From Lytechinus pictus (Eukaryota), in NCBI RefSeq assembly GCF_037042905.1, contig NC_087253.1, positions 17,298,001 to 17,362,000 of the forward strand: DNA of 64,000 nt. Direction: 5' to 3'. The translations under genes were made by a program, and so were the position numbers. The notes below the pieces were generated by a model. It did no database searches. It had not been told where the DNA came from and worked only from the letters and a program-made list of their open reading frames with translations. Shown here one piece after another: positions 10,001 through 22,400 of this stretch. How positions within the stretch are numbered: the stretch's first letter is position 1; each line of letters starts with the position of its first letter.

Positions 10001-13000
10001 ACTCCAGATGTTGTATAAAGAACCTTCAAGGGTTCGTTGTAGAACTAGGAAGGACATTTCAGAATCCTTTTCTGCTTTAGAGAACATTTTAAGGTTCAGT
10101 ACAGGACAAAGAAAGGTTCTGATCGGAAAATTTAATCTAAGAGTAATTTAGATATACCTCCTTATGAAACTTCATTGAACAGGTCAAGTGGACGGACGAT
10201 CACGTGAGCCCTTTCCCCGCAGAATGGCTAAAGATGCATCGATTCGACAAGACCGACTTTGACCTTGTCCGGAAGATCAAGAAAGTGTCCTGGGGGTCAG
10301 AGTTCACCGACAAGATTCCTTCCTTTGACTACAAGGACGTCATCAACGAAGACCAGGCCCTGTATGAATGGATGGAGAGCTTGGTCAAGTGGGGTCTGGT
10401 CCTGGTTAGGAACGCTCCACACGATGACATGAATGTCCAGAACATCTGCGACAGGGTTGGCTACGAGCGTTTCACCTGTTACGGGTGAGTACTGTCCTTT
10501 CATTGTATTCAGCAGTTCCTTTGAATAAATTCCAACTATCTTCGATTAGATATTTATAAGTAATCCCCGCTGTTAACATGGTTAATGCATTTAACAGTTT
10601 GGTGACAATACATTATTTTGTGAGTTTTAGGGTTTTGAACAGATACCACATCTATCCAGTACAGAATGGATTAAAGATTATTCAACATTACCTTATAAAT
10701 GGATATCAAAAGTATAGCCTACGTGGGAGGGGCGAGGGTTAATTCATAGGTTGGCCGAGGGCAGGAAGACCTTATAAGGTATCGCCATCCCCCATCCCTC
10801 ACCCCACCACTTTTTACTCTTTAAAAAAATTGTCTACCCCTTTCCATATGTTGCCGTCCATGTCTGTATATAACTCTCCGTTTCGGTTGACAGTGCACAA
10901 AATATTCGGCATGCTTTGTCCATTTCGAAAGTTTGGTTATAAAAGGTCAAGTCTAACACAATAGCAAGTTAAACTGGACAATGTTAAAGGTCAAGTCCAC
11001 CTCATAAAAACGTTGATTTGAATCAATAGAGAAAAATAGGACAAGCATTATGCTGAAAATTTCATCAAAATCGGATGTAAAATAAGAAAGTTATGACATT
11101 TTAAAGTTTCGCTTATTTTTCCCAAAATAGTTATATGCACAATTTAGTCATATGCAAACGAGATAATCGATGATGTCCCTCACTCACTATTTCTTTTGTT
11201 TTATTATTGTTCGAATTTTTGCAGATTTGACAATAAGGACCGACTTGACTGAACCATAAAATCTTAAGCAATGGTAATTCAACATGTTCAGGGAGAAATA
11301 AAACTTTGTTTCACAGGACAAAGAGGATAAAATGAGAATATTTCATTTTTAATAAAATACAAAATAAATAGTGAGTGAGTTTTGTCATCAGTTCCCTCAT
11401 TTGCATACTGACCAGGATGTGCATATAACTGTTTTGTGAAATTAAGCGAAACTTTAAAATGTCATAACTTTCTTATTTTACATCCGATTTTGATGAAATT
11501 TTTCGTGTTATGCTTGTTGGATTTTTCTCCTTTTATTCAAATCAAATTTTTGTTGGGGTGTACTTGTTCTTTAATGATACAAACCACCTGTAACAATTAA
11601 AAAACCACCGTCTTATATTGTTCTTTGTTGTGTGAATATATGGTAGATCGGACTTCAGAGTGGAGAACATCTTTGAATCAAGTAGTCTGGGATTCACCAC
11701 CGCTGCTCTTGGGCTTCATCTGGACTTGCCCTACTATGATTACCGCCCCGGAGTAAGTTAGCACTCCATACTCTTCTTTACGTTTGAATCAGTTTCTTTG
11801 AAATAGTCACTGATCGATATCAGTCACTCTACATAAAAATCAGTTATAAATAAATTTAAAAAAATGGTAAATAAACATTCCCTTATTCCCGCTCACGTCT
11901 CCCTCTCTCGTTCCATTTCCTTCTCTTCTTTTCTCTGCCCTTTCTTTTGTATTGTATTTTGTATTGTATTTCTGTCTATAGGCGTATCCCGTCACAAGCC
12001 TCGGCTTTTAGGGTATACGTCTTTTTCTTTATACCAAACATGTACATATTTATATTCCTCATAACAATTTGATTTTTGTATGAACTAATGTTTATGAAAA
12101 GTGTTTTGAAATGGAAGAAAATAAATGTTTATTTGAATTGAATTGAATTGAATATTCTAATTTAATTTTATTTATGAACAATAGTTCCTCCAAAATGAGG
12201 CAAACAGTGAGGGAACATTTTCACGAAGAACGTAATTGATATAGTAATATTTGCTTTTGTGAAAAATAATCATGAATATTAAAATTCATACTTATAATCA
12301 TCCCCATCTTTCACGTTATAAGCATAGAATATTCAGGCTATGGAATTAAGAGATAAATAAAAGAATGTTCAGGAATATAGGGAAATCCAGAATACAACTT
12401 GCAAAAATGTTTGACTGAACGCTGAAATTGTTAGAAAAAGAAAGTGTATTTTTTTATACAAATGAAGCTTCATCAATTCAAGTTAGGTTGCAGATTTATA
12501 AATGGCAAATTCTGGTAATTTATTCCTCACCATAGCCTTAGCATATATATCAATCATATCTTATTTTTAACTTGTAATTGCTTTCTTTGTTTATTTTCAA
12601 CCTTCAAATCACATCAGCGCAGAAGTTTTTTAACAGATACAGCCTAGATTACTATGACTAATACAAAATCTCATTTTGAAAAAAAAAATGTTATCAGATT
12701 AGCCAGAATTCTTTCCAAACAGATAAAGAATAAATCTCTTGATGCCTGGCTTCTTCTCTGTACTGGAATCGTCGTGCTTTAAATGAATCCATGCTGAAAC
12801 ATGTTGTTGGAGCTCTGGGTGTCTCTTCAATCCCGTGCTTGGACATGCTGCAGAAAAAGTGAGGGCGCTGTTCATGCTCTAGGGAACCACCACCAGTCAG
12901 TCGGTTTACATATCAACCAAGAGGCTAAATGTTCGATCGTAATTGAAAGTAGTAACCTTATTCCTCGGAGCCTACGGTTTTATCCCAATCACAGGTACAA

Positions 13001-15407
13001 TTCCTGCACTGCTTGCGCCAGTGCGAGGTAAAAGGCGGCGAAAGTCAGTTCGTTGATGCCAAACGAGTTGCAGAGACGCTCAAGGCGGAGGAACCGGAGT
13101 GGTACGAGTACATGACCAAGGTCAAACTTGACTTCCGGCTCCTTGGGATCGACTATATCGACTCGCATCTTCAGCATGCAAGGAACTTGATAGAGTGAGA
13201 AAAACCTTTTCATATTCAATTTTCTTCCAATTTCTCCCCAAAAGGTCACAAGAGGGGAACACAGCAACGACGGGCGAACGGTGCCTAGAAAAGCTGTCCT
13301 CCCTGGTTGTGACGCTGGCATGACATAACACTGTGTAACCATATGGCTTATTCTCTTGAAATTAATGACGCATAAATGCTTTTCAGGTATAGATTCCGGA
13401 GAAGCACTTAACTTGATCAAATGGTGAAATGGTTAGGAGGTGGGTATGTCTGGACTTGAAAAAAAAAACTCCACTTACCATCACGCTTGCTTGCATTCTT
13501 TCAAAAATAACGAAAATTACGCATAAATATTCTCAAGGACTACCTTGACCATCTTGCAATCAACAAGTTTTCGATGGGTCCATTTCATATGCAACAAACT
13601 AGCGTTTACTTACGTATTCCAGTAAGAGCATCACGTATTTACTTTCAGGATCCTCCTCTGGAATGCCAGCCAAGCCAGGTGGAATTATGCCATCATTCAT
13701 CGGACGGGTCTTGTTCTTCTGTCAGATGTGTCGTCAGGTTGGATGCTGATCAGCTACCAGATATTTGTTTTAAATCTAGGCCATGCTTGGAATACGTTTT
13801 TAAAAACTGGTCATATTCTACCTTATGTCAAGCAATCCCAAATGAAACTTTGACCAATCTGTTGCCAGTCTTCCATTGAACATCTTTTCATAATTTCAAT
13901 AACCTTGAACAGACAGCCCTTTTGTTCACAATCAAAATATGAATGTCTATGACCACTTATGTTGTATATGAAATGGACCTTCGAAAACGGTCAACAAAGA
14001 CATAGGAATCTGTCGATTTGCACAATTTGCTAAACATTATTTTCTTGATTTTACCATAGACTTGATGAGAATGGCGACTTCAGTACTCTGGCCTACAATG
14101 ACCAAACTCGATCACCTTACATGAATGTCCCCGTGGAAGAAGTAAGCAAGATCTACAAAGCTTTGAAGAAGTTCAACGACTTCCTCTACAGAAAGGAAAA
14201 CTTCATCGACTACAAACTCCAGCCAGGTAAGAAGATAATGTTATAGATTATTTTGCCCGAGAATAAATGAACGTATAAAGGGGCGGCACCACGGGGGGAT
14301 AGGGGGCAACAACCATTTGTATTAAAGTTTCAAGCAGTGTAAAGAAAAACAAGAGAAAAGGCAGGGAGGGGAGACAGGAGAGAATCAAATAGAGAGCTAT
14401 GAGTCATGTCACCCTATCATACAAAGAGGACAAAACGATGTCGCATTTTGTCTCATCCACCACCCCCCCCCCCCCCCCCCCTCCCACCTCCGATCAAAAT
14501 GCCCTCCAGCTGGGACTCCATGGCGCCGCGCGCTACTGCATGTATTAATGCATACATTATACAGGGGCGTTTAGTGTGTCGACCTGTACTTGACAGTTAT
14601 CAGATGAGTTTACACGGGATCGAGTGACGTGATGCAGTTGGTGGGTTGGAGTATGTGGGTGGGTTGTTATGGTGTGGACATGTGTATGATATGTTTTCTG
14701 AGTGCGTGTGTGTGTGTGAGTTGGTGTGTGTTAGAAGGATGAGTGTGTGCATACGTGGATATAGGATAAACGGGTTTTATATGTGCATGAGAAGATTGTG
14801 TATAAAATTATGTGAATCATGAGTGTGTATATTAAGAAAGGAGGATGAGTGGGTGGGTGTGAATGTGTGTGAGGGTGTGTGAGTATGAATGAGAAATTGT
14901 TGAGGGTGTGTGTATGTCGATGATGGGTAAGAATAAAAATGTGAGGTTTGCATTGATGTGTGTAAATGTGAAGATCGCGTAGTAAAAGCCTATTTGCGGT
15001 GGGATGATGCCGTTGTTGTATGGATGAGGGTGTGTTTGTGTATTTGTGTGTGTGTGTGTGTGTGTGTGTGTAGTGAGTGGGTTGTAATGTATGTGAAGGA
15101 TGGTTGAGTTGAGAGCTTGTTTAGTTCCAGGTCAAATACTAAATGAAAAAAATGCAGGTTGGTGACCGGAATGGGTTGACATTTGCGAAACGGTTTTAAA
15201 AATTATTATATTTTTATTTTCTTTGTAGGTGAAATCGTCGCCTTCGACAACAACCGCGTGATGCACGGACGCAGCGCGTACACTGTCAAGTTCGTCGACG
15301 GCGAGGACCATTCCAGACTTCTGATTGGTGGATTCCTAGACTGGGATGAAATCCATTCACGCATGCGCCTTGTCGACGAGCGCATGCACGGCACACCGAG
15401 GCTGTGA
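7029..15407 (+). CDS. BBOX1: Gamma-butyrobetaine dioxygenase-like Fe(II)/2-oxoglutarate dioxygenase (BBOX1/TMLHE family, closer to BBOX1), 473 aa
   Basis: Exons 7029-7168, 8415-8742, 10183-10484, 11647-11752, 12995-13194, 14060-14226, 15229-15407. All introns GT-AG with consistent phases (1422 nt). Motifs: Zn-binding WLRDNCRCPDC and H(VSPF), Fe-binding HLD, PGVQFLHC, GGESQFVD, FDNNRVMHGR. Strict orthology versus paralog not established. Confidence 0.9.
10988..11570. mobile_element. Non-autonomous DNA transposon (MITE) with TTAA target duplication, Kolobok-like ends
   Basis: TTAA|AGGTCAAGTCCACCTCA ... TGGGGTGTACTTGTTCT|TTAA, with long internal inverted arms (catcaaaatcggatgtaaaataagaaagttatgacattttaaagtttcgc and its reverse complement). 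Confidence 0.85.
14640..15110. repeat. (TG)n-rich low-complexity tract
   Basis: Degenerate GT repeats in the last BBOX1-like intron. Confidence 0.85.
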
Positions 15408-16410
15408 AGCTGTTGATCATACCGATTTAGAAGTTTGAGAAGAAGTATTAACTTCTGTCGACAAAATATGAATATATTTCTCCGTTCTTTCCTTTCATGC
15501 ATGGAAATCTTAATCCTGAAATTACCTTTTCTATGTTTCGAATACTGACACTCACTTTGTATATACAACCCTTGCTGACTCGTACAATTAGACTTACTGC
15601 CGAAAGCATGTAACTAATGTATACATTAAATTAAATCAATCCAAATTTTGTTAGCCACTTTCTGAGTCTTTTCAAATCCTTGAATACATTGTGCAACACT
15701 TGCTGACTCGTACAATATTAGGCTTACTGCCGAAAGCATAAATTCAAATTAGATTAAAATCAACCAAGATTCTGTAGCCACAATCTTGAAGCATTTATTG
15801 TTGATATTGTGTACATTTATTAAAGCTGATATCGTTTCAAATACAAAAAGTTGCGTAAATAAACTGTACATACATATATTTTTCTTTTTAATGTAAATAT
15901 GTTTAATCATGTTCGGTATATAAATTTATTTACATTCAATTACTATCAATAAGATTAATCATAGGAATGAATGTAGCTATGTCAAATATCATTGTGTTTA
16001 GATTAAATTGGCACGCTTGAATTTCAGTCAATATTGAATTAACATCAATGTTATATGATATTTACATAGGTATGTATAAACAGTATCAGGATAGTACGTT
16101 CTGTTATCATGTATACCATACCTTATCGTTCATTAATTTCTCATTGGTGAGGGGGAGGGGTGGTTCTGTTGGAATTTATAATCCCATCATGGAAATGGCA
16201 CATATGAGTATAGGCCTATATTATGCCCTTCATTTTTTTTTTATTCTTCGTTCGCCCTACAGCTATCCAAAAATAAATCTATCCTGAATTAACCAAACAA
16301 TAAGATCTAGACCAAGTCTGTGCCATGGGGGAATATTGCCGCGGGGGAAGGCATCCACCGTCACCTAGGGGTTTTTTGTGTTTGTGATTAAAAATGGCGT
16401 AAATTGTAAG

Positions 16411-16562
16411 NNNNNNNNNNNNNNNNNNNNNNNNNNNNNNNNNNNNNNNNNNNNNNNNNNNNNNNNNNNNNNNNNNNNNNNNNNNNNNNNNNNNNNNNNN
16501 NNNNNNNNNNNNNNNNNNNNNNNNNNNNNNNNNNNNNNNNNNNNNNNNNNNNNNNNNNNNNN
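16411..16562. other. Assembly gap (N run)
   Basis: Run of n. Confidence 1.
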
Positions 16563-17989
16563 CAAATAGAAACCATTTTGACACCTGGCACCCCCTCTCT
16601 CTCAAAATACTCTGATCCAGTCTAGATCAAATCTCACCCAAGCTGATCCGCCCCACATTTTGACAGGAAGATCATGAATGCAAGGAAGAAATTATCCAAT
16701 GTGCTTCGAAACATTTGACCTTAACAGGAAGTAACGGAAATTATATATCTCCTTAATCTAAAAACAGTAATTTAATAACGTCGAATAGAGTTCATCTGCG
16801 CCGGGGAATCCCAAACATTGTTTAAGTTTTAAACTCAAATGCTCAATGCATGGTTTATTGTTGTCATAATTCAATCAGTTACTGTCAAATCATCATTCAG
16901 TCAACTGTCAAATAATAGGTCAAAGTTAAATTATTTACATATTCCACATCGGAGAGAAGGTAAATATTTTTTTCTTATTCCTTAATCATGTAAACACACT
17001 GCAGATCTGTAGAAAAAAATATAGAATGTGATTATTATTCGAAAAGTATTGTGTTTATGCCTCAATACAAACAATTATTTGTCAAGCTATTTTGTTATTT
17101 TTTATTTTTTTGTATTCACAAATATTTGGTGTATGGTCTTTCTAAATGTTGTAAAACCTAAAAAGAGAATACAATTGTGTTTAATGAAAACTTAGCCACA
17201 TTCTTGGAACGAATAGAAGTTTCATTTTCGTGATAGACCTATTCAATTGCGCATTGCCTTAATAATAACGTACTAGCAAGTTTTATATTTATTTGTGTGT
17301 GTATTGGGATGTGAAAACTCCTTAATTTCTACTTCAATTTATTTTACCATGAAAATATTACGTCATCATGTTCAAAACTACATATCAACAATGTGCTACT
17401 GTTATTATTTATGAATTGCATGCCTGTAAATAAAATAAATGCAAAACGATTTCGTTCTCTTTCTATTTTCTCCATTGTTATTTTTTTTTTTTGTGTGTGA
17501 TTTTAGTTAATAATTTTGTATGAATAAGTGTCATTTAGGTCCCGCGATTGCGCCATCTAATTAGGGTGAAATTTACAATGCGTCATAATGATAGAAATAG
17601 AATGTCTTTTGTCAGAATATCCGATTACCAATAATCCTCCGGTAAATAAAACTGGAAATAAAACTTGGTTATTTTTAGTTGAATTAAATATTTCGATAGC
17701 AAAAATTAACGTGGTTGTCGCCCAAAGAAAATTTACATGCAAAGGAAAAGAAAAGGTAATTGCGAATGAGGATGATCAGATCTCTCTCTCTCTCTCTCTT
17801 TCTCTCCCTTACAAGTTAAAAACCTAAATCTTAAATCACCAATTAAAATGACCAAGGCGTGATCCCTTGTTTTGTAATGTTAGATAAACATTTTCATTGT
17901 GGTAGAATCATCTGTTCTCACGCGAAATCCAATTATTCAGTTGAATCTAACATGTTCAATAGTATAATCTAACATTTTGAAAATATGGT

Positions 17990-18216
17990 CACTCCTCGGT
18001 GCTTTTTAAGGTTTCGGTGTGAGTGGGTGTGTGTGGAAGGTGTGTTTGAGATTTTACAGACGTGTGTCAAATCATATATGATTATTTACGTCTGGGACCG
18101 ACCTTTAACGTCACCATCCGAAAGACGTGACCAGCGCTTGAACCTCTGAATCAATAGGCCTATGCGACTTCCCCCACGTAGCTTGTGGATTACAGGCGCA
18201 CGCCACAGCGCTCAGT
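17990..18216 (-). mobile_element. SINE-like element with 7SL (SRP RNA Alu-domain)-like head and Deu/Nin-like core
   Basis: Minus strand ACTGAGCGCTGTGGCGTGCGCCTGTAATCCACAAGCTACGTGGGGG aligns by eye to the 7SL 5' end. It is followed by B-box-like GGTTCAAGC and core TCTTTCGGATGGTGACGTTAAAGGTCGGTCCC. The 3' boundary is approximate. Confidence 0.6.
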
Positions 18217-18221
18217 GTTTG

Positions 18222-18590
18222 ATAATAATAATAATAATAATGAATATTTAGAGGCGCTAAAAACAAAAAGTACCATAGCGCAGACAATGTATGAATAATA
18301 ATTTACCATTTGCAATAATTACTCCAATATTCAAGATAAAAAGGGAAATTAATTATTGAGGAAAAAGGTATGTCTTAAGGGAAAATTTGAAGCCAAGAAC
18401 ACTGGAAGCATTTCTTACTGAAAGAGGGATAGCATTCCAAGTCTTGGCAGCTGCTACAGCAAAACGTTTTTCGGCAGAGGAGAGTTTTGACAAGGGAATG
18501 CAAAGTCTGCATGTGTCAGTGATTGAACGAAGATTACGAGAGGGTGTGTATAATTTGATGGTATTATTAAGATATTATTAAGATGGTACT
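18222..18590 (-). mobile_element. LINE (L2/CR1 group) 3' fragment
   Basis: Minus translation YTPSRNLRS...RFAVAAAKTWNAIPLSVRNASSVLGFKFSLKTYLF resembles an ORF2 C-terminus; (TAT)n tail at 18222-18240. Confidence 0.75.
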
Positions 18591-19141
18591 ATTAAGATAT
18601 TTCGAGTGCAGTCATTATGATTATAAAAATCCTGGAGGGTCCCCCACCCCTGGATCCGCCGCTGATACTTCTTACCCCTCTTCCTCCCCCATCCTTTGAT
18701 ATAGTCATGTGAAGCCTTTTTATGAGCAAGTGGATAATGATTCTATAGGGTATTTTTCGTGCATATATCATGTAATTGTGAGAACTCAAATTTTTATTTC
18801 AATGCACCCACTCCATCAAAGCTTGAAAAACTAAATTCTTATGGGGTATTCTATTCCTATATTAAATAAGGCAAAACAAATTGGGGGAACGTGATTATCA
18901 ACTTAATTTTGTGATTTGGAAAAGGGGCAGCTTGGAAAAGATTCTGAAATAACCCCGGGTAAGTTTGACTCTCAAATTTGTCCTTAGGCTCCGGTCCTAG
19001 TCGAAATTACCCGGCATGAGGTCGATCCGTCGTCACAGAAATTACATCGGACCATATTTCGGTTAGATCTTTTACGGTGTGGTACTAACCGACTCGGGGT
19101 CTTATACGTCGATCTGACCAAGAATTTTTTTAGAGTGGGTG

Positions 19142-19376
19142 CACTGTAAAAACTGGTGTTAAAACTGACACCAGTTGGTGTTAGTAGAGGACCACACCCC
19201 GAGGTGTTAAAATTACACCCTAGAGATTGAACATAACACCAGAGTGCAAATGTAACAACCAAATGTGTTGTAATAACACCTATAGGTGTTAAAATAACAC
19301 CATCAATTTAACACCGGAGTAAAATAACTGGTGTGGTCCTCTATGTACACCGGTTAACACCACAGTTTTTGCTGTG
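19142..19376. mobile_element. MITE with CAC...GTG termini and 2-bp TSD (EnSpm/CACTA-like)
   Basis: TG|CACTGTAAAAACTGGTGTT ... AACACCACAGTTTTTGCTGTG|TG, with internal AACACC/GGTGTT repeats. Confidence 0.7.
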
Positions 19377-19449
19377 TGGGGCCGTGGGGTGGTATAATAC
19401 ATAATTATGATGTAAAAATGATATTTATTTATACAGTTAAATTGAAGAC

Positions 19450-22400
19450 ATGTCTCGACAGTTTCTAAAGATCTACTTCGGACGCAGTATCAGGGGTGGG
19501 CAGAAGGAGGAGGATGCTAATGTCTTCGGTTTCCTCGTTCGGGAACTCAAGAAATACGGTGAAGTCCTGACAGAGAAATTTGGAGACGATAAGGCAATAC
19601 AGAAGGAAGATGAAGGTCGGTCACGAGAAATGTTTTAAGATTTGAAAATAGGGAGCTGTTATTCGAACACACTTAAAATGTTGGGAAACATACTGTCCAC
19701 TGTGTTGGGAAACGCATGTTGGTAAAAACATATATATATGCTTGGCAATTATTATCCAATTAAGCAAATTTATTACCCAATTATTAGTTTTTATTTCCCA
19801 ATTTGGGCAGAATTTTAATCAACAGTTGTGTCGACAGTATTTCATATTCAAATTGTTTTATTCTCTCAGTAAAACCTTTACATAAAAACAAATATATTAC
19901 AAAGTTAAAATACATGTATTACAAATCGGTGTCTAAAAATTGGATTTTGGTTCAGAATCATATATGTTGCCCAAGGTTTGGCATTTTTTGCCCAACTATT
20001 TTAAGAGTGAATAACAATGGGTTACAACAATGAGTCCATATGTTCAGGGGGAATCGATCACATTCTGAGGACACATATATCATTTCATATTTCCTTTCGT
20101 AAAAGTCGCCCCCCCCCCACCCCTGCATTCGCATATCGACTATATTTTGTAAAATTAAACGAAACTTTTAAATATGCCATAACTTTCTTATTTCACTTCA
20201 GATATTGTGTGCTTGTTTTGATATTTTTTGTCTCTATAATATTCCAGTCAACTTTCTGTCGGGTGTTACTGGGCAGCCGGGAATAAGTTGAGTTCATTTT
20301 TGGTCATGAACTCATGCAATAAAAAGGGGCACATATTTTATCTGTGACGCGTTTATTTGGGAGAATTATTGGTATACATGTAGGGGCGAAGAACAGTTAA
20401 GAATTGTTTTGCGCATGCGCATATCAGTATTTTGGTGAGGTAAATGGGTCGCAGAAGTTGCGTTGCGAATCTAAAGCTGATTAATGTTCTTTTTTGGGGG
20501 GGAGATTGTATGCACCTAATCGGGGTGATAAAATTTTCTCTCTTTTTTCTATTTTTCCAGTTACATCTGATGAAGCAATTTACCAAGCTGACATCAAACT
20601 TATCGACCAGGCGGATGGTAAATGAGGAATCGTCTTTATTTCCATAAACATGTTTCGACAACATTGACAAAACTTGAAGGTTTTGTTGATACAGGAAAGT
20701 TAAGAATTTCATTATCCCAGCTCATTAGACCACTAATAATATTGAAACGGGTGAGGACATGGTTTACGATTATATATATAATAGGCATATACAGGAGGGG
20801 GATCCGGCCGGATTTACCAAAAGGGACCCACTAAAATGTTGACAATTAAAACAGGGGAAGCTTTCATCACTCACAGTCACATGATACATTTTCGAGTTTT
20901 TGTGGCTTTTTTGTAAAGGGCGTAAGAGGGAAAGGAGCTAAGCCCCCTCCTGGAATCTGAAATACATGAGTTGCCGATTAAACATTTCTATTTTTTGAGA
21001 AAAATCTGTGAAGTTAATGGTAAGTGAGGTCAGTCAACAAAGCATGGCTATACGAAGCGGGGAGGCGACACGGGTTGCCCCCTCTCTCCCCAGAAATTTT
21101 GAAAACTTACATTCTCCACTGAAAATGTTCACAAACTTCACCAAAAGTGTGCATTAATCATTCAATTTCACTTTAGAAAATGCAAAAGTGTCCCCATAAC
21201 AAGCTTGTTCGCCATCGCTCCCTCGCTTTGGAGTTTCCCCCCCCCCCAAAAAAAAAATAATAAATAAATAAAAAAAAAAAAAAAATACTCGTCTTGTACC
21301 CCCATCCCATCTCCCCAACCCGAAAAACTTATGTGTATGCGCCGAGCAAGGAAACCAACCTAATCAGCTTAGCTTTCATTAACGTTAATTAGCTCTGGCA
21401 TCAGTCAAATTGTATCTTTAACCTGACTTTGGGCCTTTTCACACGTGAATCTTGAATCATCATTGTAATCAGTGGCGGACCGTGACCCGGAGGAGACAAA
21501 GCATTGGGGGGACACAGCATTGTTCACAAACAATACAGTGCCCCCCCCCCCTCAATGCTTGTAATGTTTGCTATTGTAATCATGACTGTGATTCGCGTTC
21601 GTGATTCTAATCATGTTCTAGTTTGGTTTCACACGTGCTAAATATTGGTCATTAGCTTTATTTTTTACTGGAATCATCATTCAAATTACGATTTTTTTTT
21701 TACCGTGTGAAAGGGCGGTTGGCAAAACTTGGAGAATGGAATTGTGACCGTTTTAAACTATTGAGTCAAGTATGACGTGAGACTGAGGAACAAATGATAA
21801 TTATTAGCAATTAATAAATTGAAATCCACCACTATTTATTCAAATGTAATTTACCAGAGATAAATTACTGTCCGCCCTCTAAATTCTGATTACAATTCTG
21901 AAGCGGCAGAGTGAGAAACTATACACGAATTATCCATTTCGGGTTGATGGAACCAAATTTGACACACAAGTAGGTATTAGTCAGTAACACAATAAATTCA
22001 GAATATGATACATCTAAATTCTGCACATGTGGCCGTATAGTCCAGGATAGAAGAGGCATAACCTTGCTTTTTTATACATACAATATTTTTTGATGGTTTC
22101 TTGTCAATTCGAGGGTACTGATTATGAATCTGAATGATGCCACTAGTGTAACCTTGAGTATTTTCTGCAATTTTCATGGGTAATTTGCATATTTTGACGG
22201 CCATATTGGATTTTGCCAATTTGCGGGAAATGCTCAAGGTTTAACAAGAGTGGCATCATCCAGATTCGTAATCAGCACCCTAGAATTGACAAGAAACCAT
22301 CAAAATATATTGTATATATAAAAAAACAGGGTTTGGTCAAGTTTCTATGGGGCCTATCCTGGACTAGTAGGACCTTTTTTATAAGTCGTCATCGGGGCAT

